Positions 10,673 through 20,448 of a stretch of 64,000 bases of DNA are shown one piece after another. The position numbers and the translations under genes are program-made. Source of the stretch: an uncultured Bacillales bacterium (GTDB taxonomy: Bacteria > Bacillota_I > Bacilli_A > RF39 > UBA660). Location: contig CAMKGA010000003.1 in assembly GCA_946412015.1 (NCBI GenBank), positions 12,932 through 76,931 of the forward strand, in the 5' to 3' direction. The notes beneath the pieces were generated by a model that saw nothing but the letters and a program-made list of their open reading frames with translations, was not told the DNA's origin and made no database searches. Numbering within the stretch: position 1 is the stretch's first letter; every line of letters begins with the position of its first letter.

Positions 10673-11780
10673 TCCTTAGTTTTTCTACACACTCTTTAAA
10701 ATATTTAATAAATAATTCTATTTCCTCTTGAGTAGTTTTATAAGACAAACTAACTCTTATACTACTACTAGCTCTATCTTTAGAATTAGTAAGTGCCATA
10801 ACTGCCTTAGATATCGTAGATACTGAGCATGCTGATTGAGTTGAAATATATATTTCAAATTCTTCAAGTGAGTGCAGTAAAACCTCAGGTTTTATACCTA
10901 TAACACTCATATTTAATATTTGTGGTATACACTTATCATTACTATTTATATATACATTATCAACTTTAGATACTTCTTCTTTTAAATAAGCATTTAACTC
11001 TTTTACATAATTATATTTTTCATCAATTTTATCAAGCGCAAGTCTTAATGCCTTAGCTAAAGATACAATTAATTCTGTTGCAGGAGTACCACTACGATAA
11101 CTTGTAGTACTTTTACCACCATGAATTAAAGGAGTTATACTTACATTTTTCTTCTTAATTAAGCATCCAATACCTTTAAAACAAAATATTTTATGTCCCG
11201 AAAAACTTGCAAGATCTACATTAGTTAGATCTACTTTTACTTTTCCAATAGCTTGTGTTATATCAGAGTGAAAATAAAGTGACTTATATTTTTTTAGCAT
11301 TTGACCTATACCTTCAATATCTTGCCTAACACCTATTTCACTATTAACACAACCAATACTTACAAGTATAGTATCATCTGTTATTAGACTTTTTAAATCA
11401 TCTAAATCAACTAATCCATTATCTTTAATTTTTACAAAATCAACTTTATATCCCAAATCCACTAAATAATTAATTGGTCCATATATAGAAGAATGTTCAA
11501 AAGGAGTTGTAATAATATGTTTCTTATTAGGATGACTAAAACATATCCCTTTTATAACAGTATTATTAGACTCACTAGCTCCACTTGTATATATAACCTC
11601 ATCAGTTTTCACACCCAAAAGTTTTGCAATCTGCTTAGTAGAAGCACTAATTAAATTGTTTGCCTCAATTCCATATTTATGTAATGAATTAGGATTCCCT
11701 GCATAATTAGTTGCTTTAACAAAACTATCAATAACTTCATCTGAAGCTTTAGTAGTTGCACTATAATCTAAATAAACCAT
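10650..11780 (-). CDS. cysteine desulfurase, NifS/IscS type (class V aminotransferase)
   Basis: YLDYSATT, SGASESNN, FSGHKIFCFKGIG (PLP lysine), STQSACS (catalytic Cys loop). Confidence 0.88.
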   Translation of the reverse strand: MVYLDYSATTKASDEVIDSFVKATNYAGNPNSLHKYGIEANNLISASTKQIAKLLGVKTDEVIYTSGASESNNTVIKGICFSHPNKKHIITTPFEHSSIYGPINYLVDLGYKVDFVKIKDNGLVDLDDLKSLITDDTILVSIGCVNSEIGVRQDIEGIGQMLKKYKSLYFHSDITQAIGKVKVDLTNVDLASFSGHKIFCFKGIGCLIKKKNVSITPLIHGGKSTTSYRSGTPATELIVSLAKALRLALDKIDEKYNYVKELNAYLKEEVSKVDNVYINSNDKCIPQILNMSVIGIKPEVLLHSLEEFEIYISTQSACSVSTISKAVMALTNSKDRASSSIRVSLSYKTTQEEIELFIKYFKECVEKLRSVKVESN

Positions 11781-11878
11781 TTAACCACCAACTTTCAACA
11801 TACTAATTATAACATTTTCAAAATACCCTTGTAAATGAAAAATAGTTGAAAACTATTCAACTATAAATTATTTATTAT

Positions 11879-13735
11879 TTAATTTCTTATTTTTTTTATA
11901 AAATCATCTATATTATTTTCTAAATTATCTTTTAATATATAATCACTAAAACCAATTTCAAGGTAATGCTCTTTTATATTTTCCTTATTCTTCTCTAGCA
12001 TAACAATAACCGGAATATCAAAATTTGAAATATTTTTTAATTCATCCAAAACACTTTTCGCACTACCTTTTACTGTATCATCATCGAGAATAATATAATC
12101 ATATTTTTCGCCTACACGAATTCTATTAATTACATCAAGGCCATACATAGTTCCAACTGCATTAATAGAATTATTCGAAAATGCTTTTTTCTCTTTATAT
12201 AATAAATTTAAATCATCATCCATTATTAAAACAGTGCCATCATCATTTAAATTTTTATCTCTTTTTATCTTTTTTTCTTCAGCTATTTTTTGATCGATAA
12301 CTATAATGAATTCTGATCCTTTATCTACCTCGCTTTTAATCATTAAACTTCCACCAATAATATTTATTATTTTTTTAGAAATATTTAAATCGACATCCAT
12401 TTTGTTTAACTTTTTCTCATCTTCTTCATCGAGTTGTTTATCAAGGGTAAGAATATCATTAACTTGCTGAATATTCATACCTACTCCTGAATCTTCAACA
12501 GTAATAATTAAACGGCACATATCATATTTTATCATTACACTAATATTTATATCTATAAAACCTTTTTTAGTATTCTCAACAGAGTTTATTAATACTGACA
12601 TAATCGCTTGTTTTAATTTTATATAATCACCATAAAGATATTTAGGCATTTCACTACTAATATAATAATTATATGCAACATTCTTACCAATCTTATCTTT
12701 AATAAATAAATTTATCTCTTCAAATAATCTTCTTGCATCATATTTAGAATTAGTAATTTTTATTTTTCTAACATCTATATCGGTCACATCTAATATATTG
12801 TTTACAACATACGATATTTGCCTTGTATTATTTTTAATCGCACTTACAACATCTTCTAATTTAACATACTCATTTTCTACATCAATCATATTGACTAATG
12901 AATCAATATTACTTATTGGTTTTCTAACTTCTTGAGTCATTCTAAATAGTAAATTCGATCTTTCCTCGTTATTCTTCTCTAATATATCTTTATTTCTATT
13001 AAGTTCATTAATAACCTTAACATCAGGATTCTCAATTGTAAAATACATAATAATTGTTATAAGACTAAACGCAGAATTTATAACAATAATTCCAGGATTA
13101 ATTTCTCTTAAGGTTGCAACAATTATCATTACTAGTATTAAAACAAGTAATGGATAATTTTCTTTCTGCTTAATCTTCTTATAGTTTTTAATTAAACATA
13201 TTAAATCTATAATTATGCTTATAGCACCCATTACTAATAATGAATCAGCAGCTGGTCCATAGGAATATGTATATACATTATTACTAAAATAATAAATTGG
13301 AGCAATAAGTATAAAAGCAAATAAAACCATAAATGTAAAAAAACATATACCAACACATTCTTTTTTATGTTTTTGATAAAAACTTGTCCCCTTAAAAAAA
13401 GATATATAAATCATATAAAGAGTAAATATTATTAGCCATCCTAGAAGTCCTAATAAAAAAACTCTATTAACAATTGCATTAATTACCACATATGAACTAC
13501 GATGTGCGACAAAGAAACAACAACATACCTCTAATACCAAATTAAATATACTTATTAGTACCAAATAACTATACACTTTGTTTTCTACATTTCTAATTCT
13601 TGGTTTAGAAAAATAAACAATCGCAACAAGAATTAAGTACAATAAATTAGTTAAAATTATCGATAATCCAATAATCATCATATCACCTATCCTTAATAAA
13701 ATTATATCACGAATAAACTTGGATGTAAATTTCAT
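11879..13735 (-). CDS. membrane hybrid histidine-kinase-like protein (about 6 TM + HisKA-like + HATPase_c + receiver) with Gln at the expected phospho-His position
   Basis: The H-box region reads FRMTQEVRKPISNI (canonical SHELRTPL). N-box is NSVENTKKG, G1 is EDSGVGM, followed by GGSLMIKSEVDKGSEF. C-terminal receiver: VLIMDDD...YIILDDD. Confidence 0.75.
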   Translation of the reverse strand: MKFTSKFIRDIILLRIGDMMIIGLSIILTNLLYLILVAIVYFSKPRIRNVENKVYSYLVLISIFNLVLEVCCCFFVAHRSSYVVINAIVNRVFLLGLLGWLIIFTLYMIYISFFKGTSFYQKHKKECVGICFFTFMVLFAFILIAPIYYFSNNVYTYSYGPAADSLLVMGAISIIIDLICLIKNYKKIKQKENYPLLVLILVMIIVATLREINPGIIVINSAFSLITIIMYFTIENPDVKVINELNRNKDILEKNNEERSNLLFRMTQEVRKPISNIDSLVNMIDVENEYVKLEDVVSAIKNNTRQISYVVNNILDVTDIDVRKIKITNSKYDARRLFEEINLFIKDKIGKNVAYNYYISSEMPKYLYGDYIKLKQAIMSVLINSVENTKKGFIDINISVMIKYDMCRLIITVEDSGVGMNIQQVNDILTLDKQLDEEDEKKLNKMDVDLNISKKIINIIGGSLMIKSEVDKGSEFIIVIDQKIAEEKKIKRDKNLNDDGTVLIMDDDLNLLYKEKKAFSNNSINAVGTMYGLDVINRIRVGEKYDYIILDDDTVKGSAKSVLDELKNISNFDIPVIVMLEKNKENIKEHYLEIGFSDYILKDNLENNIDDFIKKIRN

Positions 13736-13758
13736 TAGTTAAAAAAATTCAAGATTTA

Positions 13759-15606
13759 TTAAATTCTTGAATTTCTAGTTAGTTTTTTAACTTTATTTTC
13801 TTCCTCTTCTTTTAATTTCATAAAATCTATTTTACCAATCGATGTTTTTGGAAGCTCTTTGATTGCAACAATTTCTGTAGGAATTAGATATTCTGCTAAC
13901 ATCTCTTTACATAAATCTTTTAATTCTTGCAATATTTTTTCTTTCTTTTTCTCATCTTTTAATACAACATATAATTTAGGAAGTTCACCTTGTGAAAAGT
14001 TTTTATCTCTAACACCAATCACCGTACTTGCACATACATTTGGATGTTTCATTGCAACTTCAGTAATTTGAATTGGATAAACCTTAAATCCATCATGCCT
14101 TATAATTATATTTTTCATTCTATCAATTACATAAATGCATCCATCTTGATCAATATATCCAATATCTCCTGAATGAACCCAAATTTTACCATCATTATGT
14201 TTTTTTAACATATTTTTAGTTTCAAGATCATTATTATAATAACCTAACATAGTATTAGGCCCTGTTATACATACTTCACCTACTTCACCATATTTTAATT
14301 CTCTATTCATATCAGATGGATCAAATATTGCTATTACAGTATGTGAAAAGGGAATTCCAACAGAACCAATTTTATTACACTCACTTTTAGAAGTTGCACA
14401 TACAGCCGCACATACTTCAGTAAGCCCATATCCTTTAGCTATTTTATAATTACAATTATGCTCGTCAAAATATTTATTTATTTTAACCTCACTATTAACA
14501 TCTAATTTATCTCCACCAACAATAGCAGAAAAAATAAAATTTAAATCTTCATTTTTTAAAATCTTGCTTAAAAGCAAAGAATCGTAATGCGTTGGAACAC
14601 CAGTCATATGATTAGGACGATTCTTATGAAGTAGCTTATCAAATTCATTTGGATTAAATTGCGGAATAAGACTAACTTCCATACCACAGGCTAAAGGAAG
14701 ATGCAATCCATTTCCGACTCCATAAGCAATAAATGGTGGCATAATGTTTAACCATTTGTGTTGACGTTGGAAATCAAAACCACAATTTTCACATTGGAAA
14801 GATGCAGCATTTATATTATCATTTGTAAGCATAACGCCTTTACTTCTACCCGTAGTACCTCCAGTATATACAATTACTACTGGTTTATCTTTTTCATATT
14901 TAGCCTCTATATTATCATTAATATATCCTTTTCCCATTTCTAAAAATTCGGAAAAATCAATATAATCTTTAAATTTAGTTTCCCTTTTCTTAGAAAGCGA
15001 AGATAATGTATTTTTTAATTTAAAAGGATATTTCAAATAACTAGGTAGTGAATTACCAGGTGAGAATAACACTATATCTTCAATATTTGTTTGTTTTTTT
15101 AAATTAACTAACTTATCAGCAACTACGTCTACTGCAAAAAACTTCTTTGAGCCTACTAAATTAACATATTCAGCAATCTCTTCAGGACTTTTTCTAGGAT
15201 CAATCATATTAGATACCGCACCTATTTTAGAAAGTGCATAAAATAAATATACTGTTTCAGGTAGCGTTGGCGCACTAATAGTAACAATATCTCCCTCTTT
15301 TACTCCCATACTAATAAGCGCAGCAGCAGTCTTATCTATATTCCTAAACATTTCATCATAAGATATCTTATTGCCAAAATAATTAAGCGCAGTACGATAA
15401 AAATACTTCTTATTATTATCATATATATATCTGTATATACTACATTTAGGCAAATCCTTAACAACTAAATCCATTGGATAATATTTAAGCCATGGCCTAT
15501 CAATACTTGGATAACCTGTTAATTTTCCATTAAAAATACTAGATTTTAAAACTTCAGGATTGTCAACACAGCTATAAATGTTTAAATTCTTAATTTTTGA
15601 ACTCAT
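13759..15606 (-). CDS. AMP-dependent synthetase/ligase (acyl-CoA ligase family)
   Basis: AMP-binding motif VIVYTGGTTGRSKGVMLTN, then GYGLTE, SGDIGYIDQDG, LPKTSIGKI. Confidence 0.88.
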   Translation of the reverse strand: MSSKIKNLNIYSCVDNPEVLKSSIFNGKLTGYPSIDRPWLKYYPMDLVVKDLPKCSIYRYIYDNNKKYFYRTALNYFGNKISYDEMFRNIDKTAAALISMGVKEGDIVTISAPTLPETVYLFYALSKIGAVSNMIDPRKSPEEIAEYVNLVGSKKFFAVDVVADKLVNLKKQTNIEDIVLFSPGNSLPSYLKYPFKLKNTLSSLSKKRETKFKDYIDFSEFLEMGKGYINDNIEAKYEKDKPVVIVYTGGTTGRSKGVMLTNDNINAASFQCENCGFDFQRQHKWLNIMPPFIAYGVGNGLHLPLACGMEVSLIPQFNPNEFDKLLHKNRPNHMTGVPTHYDSLLLSKILKNEDLNFIFSAIVGGDKLDVNSEVKINKYFDEHNCNYKIAKGYGLTEVCAAVCATSKSECNKIGSVGIPFSHTVIAIFDPSDMNRELKYGEVGEVCITGPNTMLGYYNNDLETKNMLKKHNDGKIWVHSGDIGYIDQDGCIYVIDRMKNIIIRHDGFKVYPIQITEVAMKHPNVCASTVIGVRDKNFSQGELPKLYVVLKDEKKKEKILQELKDLCKEMLAEYLIPTEIVAIKELPKTSIGKIDFMKLKEEEENKVKKLTRNSRI

Positions 15607-15825
15607 TTAGTCCCTCCAATCACTGTAACAAGACAACATTATTGTATTACATTTATTAATTAAATGTCAACTGTTTTTCAAAATTTTAAAGCAAATTAAA
15701 AAAACTATATAATATATAGCATAAAACAAATAATATCACAAATAACCAATTTTAAAAAAAGAAGAATTTATTAATCCAATTATTAATATTATCAATATGT
15801 TTTCTTAATTAATATACTTTAAAGT

Positions 15826-15857
15826 ATTATAAAATAAAAAAAGAGTTAAACTCTTTT
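15826..15857 (-). terminator. rho-independent terminator after tandem micro-ORFs
   Basis: Stem AAAAGAG / CTCTTTT (15839-15845 / 15851-15857) with a 5-nt loop, followed on the minus strand by TTTTTATTTTAT. Confidence 0.5.
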
Positions 15858-15981
15858 AAAATATACAAGAACCAAGTATGATTGCAAGTAAAATATATAA
15901 AACAATTATTATTATGTAACTATTATTATTACACTTTTTTACTGGTTCACAGTTATTGTTTTGATGATTATTGCAGCACAT
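15856..15981 (-). CDS. 41-aa Cys/Asn-rich small membrane protein (below the ORF-track cutoff)
   Basis: GGAGGTGCTTTT-ATG. Translates to MCCNNHQNNNCEPVKKCNNNSYIIIIVLYILLAIILGSCIF. Tandem with the next micro-ORF. Confidence 0.5.
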   Translation of the reverse strand: MCCNNHQNNNCEPVKKCNNNSYIIIIVLYILLAIILGSCIF

Positions 15982-15993
15982 AAAAGCACCTCC

Positions 15994-16077
15994 TTAAATA
16001 TATGCTCCAAGTATAATAATTAATAAAATAAATAATACTAAAACGATAGCTGCTGAAGATATTCCTTGGTTACACAT
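15994..16077 (-). CDS. 27-aa YjcZ-like small hydrophobic (sporulation-type) peptide
   Basis: GGAGGAATGTTTT-ATG. Translates to MCNQGISSAAIVLVLFILLIIILGAYI. The VLVLFILLII core resembles YjcZ-family peptides and the ORF at 54186-54356. Confidence 0.55.
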   Translation of the reverse strand: MCNQGISSAAIVLVLFILLIIILGAYI

Positions 16078-16231
16078 AAAACATTCCTCCTTTTTTTATT
16101 TCATAGTATTTTATGAAAAATTTGTAAAAAAGTGCAGAATTTAAGTAAGAAATGTTGTTTTTTCATATTTTTTTTGTTATCATTGATTTGTATGGTGCTT
16201 ATTACATCGTATTAGGAGAGGAGATAGAATT

Positions 16232-17587
16232 ATGGCAAAGGCTAGTAATAGTCAAAAGAAAACTACTAAAAGTACCTCAAAAGGTGCAAAAAAAACTACA
16301 ACTGCTAACACTAAAAAAGTCGCTCAAGCAAAGAAAGCTCCAGCTACTAAGAGTGTAACTAAAGCAAAGGAAGAAATAGTTGAAAAAGTTGAAGCAGTAA
16401 AGGTTGAAAAAGTTACAGACACAAAGAAAGTAACAAACAATAGAAAGGATACTAGAGATTCAGTTATATTAAGAGCTAAAAGAAGTGTTCAAGATAATTG
16501 GCAAAGAAGAAAAGAATTTGTAATTTCAATAATTGTAATTATTATATTAGTAATTATGGTTGTATTGCTTGCTCTATGTAAAAGAGTTCCAAAACTTAAA
16601 AATGGTGAAGAAGTTTTAGCTAGTGTTAAGGGATTAAATGTTACAGCTGATAAATTTTATACAAGTTTAAAAAACAGTTATGGTACAACAGATGTAATGA
16701 ATCAAATAGATCAATTTATCGCAGATGATTATGTAAAGAAATTTACTAAAGATGATAATAAATATATTGATCAAGTAGTTGATTACTACAAACAATATGC
16801 AGAATATTATGGTGTAAGTTTTGAAGATTTCTTAAGTCAATATGTTGGAATATCAGGAGTTACTTCTGAAAAAGAATTTAGAGCTTATGTAAAGAAAGAC
16901 TACAAGAAAACATTAGCTTTAAAGAAATATATTGGTTCTACTATTAGTGAAAAAGAATTAAAGAAAGAATACGAAAGCAATTATAAAGAAAAATTAACTG
17001 TAAGACACATTCTTATAGAAATTAATGATGAAGTTAGTGAAGAAGATGCTAAAAAGCAAGCTGAAGATTTAATTAAACAATTAGATGAAGTAAAAGATAA
17101 CGCAGATGAACTTGAAAAGAAATTTAAAGAATTAGCATATGATAATTCAAATGATTCAGGAACATATGAAGATGGTGGATTATTTAAAGACTTCAGTAAA
17201 AGCGGTGTTGATGAAGCATTCTATAATGCGTCTAAAAAGCTTAAAAAAGGTGAATATACTAAAGAGCCTGTAAAGAGTCAATATGGATACCATGTTATAT
17301 TAAAAGTATCAAGCAAGACAACTAAATATAAAGATGTTAAAGAAACTATAAAAAAAGATTTAGCTGAAAAGAAATTAAATGAAGATGCTACTTTACAAAC
17401 AACAGCTTGGGATGAATTAAGAAAGAAATACAAATTAAAAATTAATGATTCTGATGTTAAGAAAAATTACGAAAAATCTTTAAAAGATGCAACTAATAAG
17501 GAAGATACAAAAAAAGAATCTAATAAAGAAGAAAGTGAAGAAAATAAAGAAGATAACACATCAAGCGAAACTAAAGAAGAAGAATAA
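16232..17587 (+). CDS. membrane-anchored parvulin-type peptidyl-prolyl isomerase (PrsA/SurA-like foldase) with Lys/Thr/Ala-rich N-terminal tail
   Basis: TM segment ISIIVIIILVIMVVLLAL. PPIC-type core LTVRHILIE...DSGTYEDGGLF...SQYGYHVILK. Confidence 0.8.
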   Translation: MAKASNSQKKTTKSTSKGAKKTTTANTKKVAQAKKAPATKSVTKAKEEIVEKVEAVKVEKVTDTKKVTNNRKDTRDSVILRAKRSVQDNWQRRKEFVISIIVIIILVIMVVLLALCKRVPKLKNGEEVLASVKGLNVTADKFYTSLKNSYGTTDVMNQIDQFIADDYVKKFTKDDNKYIDQVVDYYKQYAEYYGVSFEDFLSQYVGISGVTSEKEFRAYVKKDYKKTLALKKYIGSTISEKELKKEYESNYKEKLTVRHILIEINDEVSEEDAKKQAEDLIKQLDEVKDNADELEKKFKELAYDNSNDSGTYEDGGLFKDFSKSGVDEAFYNASKKLKKGEYTKEPVKSQYGYHVILKVSSKTTKYKDVKETIKKDLAEKKLNEDATLQTTAWDELRKKYKLKINDSDVKKNYEKSLKDATNKEDTKKESNKEESEENKEDNTSSETKEEE

Positions 17588-17618
17588 AAGAAGATTTTAA
17601 AACAAATCTTCTTTTTTT
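17587..17618. terminator. bidirectional terminator between convergent prsA-like and recX genes
   Basis: Perfect 11-bp stem AAAGAAGATTT / AAATCTTCTTT (17587-17597 / 17604-17614) with a 6-nt loop. A T-run follows on the plus strand. The hairpin overlaps the recX stop. Confidence 0.75.
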
Positions 17619-18364
17619 ATATCTTCATATTTAAATCCTTTAGCATATAATCTATTTTTAATAATTCTTTCTAAATCATATTCTTTATATTTATTACAAT
17701 ATTTAGTATATATTTTTTTGTATTCTTTTATAAGTTTATTATAATCATCATTATTACTAATCATAGAATCGATAGTAATAATGATATCATCATAATTATA
17801 TCCTAAATTAGACAGTTCATTTATTATTTTATTTTTTAAAATATAATTAGAATATTTATGATTTGAATTAATTCTTTTTTTTACTAAATTATTTAATCTA
17901 GATAATTCATCATAATCTTCTACTTTATCTATTTCATCAAGTACTATATCAATTGAAATATTATTATTAATTAAATCATCTTTTATTTTATTTAAACTCA
18001 TTTTTGAAAAAAGCAATTTATCATTAATGTATGCTCTTACATATAATTTATCATTTAAAACGTAAGACTCTTTTAATTTTTTTATAATTTTATTAATACT
18101 ATTAATATCTATTTCATGTTTATTTAAATACTCAATTATTTCTTTTTCACATCTAACCTTTTTTGTTGCATATTTTAGTGTATCAAAGTATACATCATAA
18201 AATTTTGTATCATCTGCAATTTCTTTTAATAGTTTATTATCAATACTCTTTTTATATAGCAAATTATATTTAATAATAATCTCATCATATGTAACAATAT
18301 TTATACTATCTGTAACAATTTCATATTTTCCGCTTTTTAATTTCTTTACTTTACTTATTTTCAT
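17597..18364 (-). CDS. recX: RecX-family regulatory protein
   Basis: Three-repeat helical pattern with YVLNDKLYVRAYINDKLL...IKDDLINNNISIDIV. The start was moved to the ATG at 18364 (GGAGGATT-ATG); the track start at 18376 is a TTG inside the RBS. Confidence 0.7.
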   Translation of the reverse strand: MKISKVKKLKSGKYEIVTDSINIVTYDEIIIKYNLLYKKSIDNKLLKEIADDTKFYDVYFDTLKYATKKVRCEKEIIEYLNKHEIDINSINKIIKKLKESYVLNDKLYVRAYINDKLLFSKMSLNKIKDDLINNNISIDIVLDEIDKVEDYDELSRLNNLVKKRINSNHKYSNYILKNKIINELSNLGYNYDDIIITIDSMISNNDDYNKLIKEYKKIYTKYCNKYKEYDLERIIKNRLYAKGFKYEDIKKEDLF

Positions 18365-18426
18365 AATCCTCCACAATCAACTATAATAAGTATTATACTA
18401 TATTTTTAAAAAGAAAAAAAGATGAA

Positions 18427-20439
18427 TTAATTTCCATCTTTATTATTACGCATTTCAATTGTTGCTTCATTAACTGCATCATCAAATGTCTTAATAGCAT
18501 CATTAATCATACTATAGCCACTAGCAGCTCCAAAACTATGATCTAAATTTTTGAATGCTCTAGATAGTTTTCTTTGATATGCAATAACAGTTTTTTCAGG
18601 ATAACCAACTAGATATACCAAAAACTCATTACCATCTGTTCTAATAATTTCAGTATTAGGAAGCTGGCTCATAATTAGAATATTTGCAGCTTGCAAAATA
18701 ATCTTATCTCCTTCTTCTCTACCATAATTATCATTAATATATGCAATATTATTTAAATCAATTATCAAAACGCACTGAGGGTATATGTCTGACTCATCCC
18801 ACTTTTCCACCTTACTATTTAAATAAGCTCTATTTTTTAACGATGTTAATTGATCAATATATTTTAATTTCTCTTCTTTAGTAAGTGTCGACTTACGTTT
18901 TTTCTTTAGCTTTTTAAATAATAATCTAATTCTATTCAAAATTGCAAGAACGAACATTAAACCAACTATCAATATTATAGCAAGCATTACATAAAAGTAA
19001 TCAACAGTATGATATGAAAAACTACTATAATTTTCTTCAATTAAACTATTTACACCATTATAGTTATTATAAAAATCAAATAAACTTGCAAATGATGAAT
19101 TTATATTACTATTATTAATTACATAGTTATAACTATTATTATTAATAACATAATCAATCTTATAATTTTTTAAACTTCTTGTTTTATAATACTCATAATT
19201 CATTAAATCTAATACAATTACATCATTTTTGTTGTTTTTTAAAAGTGACGATATAGAATCGAATGAACTATACTTAATATTACTTTTACTTAAAATTGCT
19301 GAAATTTTACTATTCTTTATAGTGGATACACTATAGTTTCTTAAGTCATCTAAACTATTTAATACAATATTTTTTCTATAAGGAGATATTATAGCTATAC
19401 TATCATTAATTGCAGCTTTTGTATAATAACTATCCTTTTTTATAGTAAAATTATTATTATTAAGCATTATATCTACTTTTCCATTTTCATAATCATCAAT
19501 TAATTCATCAATATTATCATATTTTTTATATTTTATTTCAATATTTGCAAAATTACTAAATCTTTTTAATATCGTATAATTTATACCATTAAAAGAACTA
19601 TTTTTATAATTGTCATATATTCCATTATCAATAAAACCATAAATATATGTTTTTGATTTTATATCTGTTTGTTTTAAAGTCGAAGTTCCACTATAATCAT
19701 AATAATCATTTAATAAATGTTCATTATACGACTTTAAATAATTATCCTGATACCAATTATTATAAAGCTTTCTTAGTATACTATTTAATTCACTATTACC
19801 ATTAAGTGACAATACATAATACTTATTTTCACTTAAAAATTCGTACGAAATATTTAAATTTTTATTTAACATATATTTCATTGCATCAGTTTTTAATAAT
19901 ATAATAGAATCAACATTTGACGCATTCATAATAAGCTCATCTACAGACTTATACTTAGAATAAATATTAGAATCATTAAAATACTTACTAAAATCATCAC
20001 TATTTTCATCAACAATTCCAATATTATGATTAATTACATTTGATATATCATTTACTATAGACCCATCAGCATTTATCATAACATAATTATCCTTGTAAAA
20101 AACTAAGTCATTTTTTTCGGCTTTATTTTTTACAGTAAATGAATAATTATTTAAATCTGTATCAGTTAATCTAAATGCTGATGGATTAAAACTTAAATTT
20201 GTTTGTTTAGAAACATAATTTAAAAAATCAAATAAAACACCATTTCCATTATAAGTAAATGCTGGAACATCATTTAAAACTGAAATATCTACAACATTAG
20301 TCTTATTATTATCAATCCATTGCTTTTCTGAAATAGATAATGTATCTTTATGATTAAAAAATACAAAATACAAAAAAAACAAAGATAATATTACTAATAT
20401 TGTAAGTATTAATATTATTATTTTATTTTTTCTTTTCAC
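18427..20439 (-). CDS. membrane sensor protein with large extracytoplasmic region and C-terminal degenerate GGDEF domain
   Basis: TM1 (IIILILTILVILSLFF), about 440 aa outside the membrane, then TM2 (VMLAIILIVGLMFVLAIL). GGDEF domain: DQLTSLKNRAYL...IIDLNNIAYINDNYGREEGD...RTDGNEFLV, so the signature is DGNEF rather than GG(D/E)EF. Confidence 0.8.
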   Translation of the reverse strand: MKRKNKIIILILTILVILSLFFLYFVFFNHKDTLSISEKQWIDNNKTNVVDISVLNDVPAFTYNGNGVLFDFLNYVSKQTNLSFNPSAFRLTDTDLNNYSFTVKNKAEKNDLVFYKDNYVMINADGSIVNDISNVINHNIGIVDENSDDFSKYFNDSNIYSKYKSVDELIMNASNVDSIILLKTDAMKYMLNKNLNISYEFLSENKYYVLSLNGNSELNSILRKLYNNWYQDNYLKSYNEHLLNDYYDYSGTSTLKQTDIKSKTYIYGFIDNGIYDNYKNSSFNGINYTILKRFSNFANIEIKYKKYDNIDELIDDYENGKVDIMLNNNNFTIKKDSYYTKAAINDSIAIISPYRKNIVLNSLDDLRNYSVSTIKNSKISAILSKSNIKYSSFDSISSLLKNNKNDVIVLDLMNYEYYKTRSLKNYKIDYVINNNSYNYVINNSNINSSFASLFDFYNNYNGVNSLIEENYSSFSYHTVDYFYVMLAIILIVGLMFVLAILNRIRLLFKKLKKKRKSTLTKEEKLKYIDQLTSLKNRAYLNSKVEKWDESDIYPQCVLIIDLNNIAYINDNYGREEGDKIILQAANILIMSQLPNTEIIRTDGNEFLVYLVGYPEKTVIAYQRKLSRAFKNLDHSFGAASGYSMINDAIKTFDDAVNEATIEMRNNKDGN

Positions 20440-20448
20440 AAAACCACC

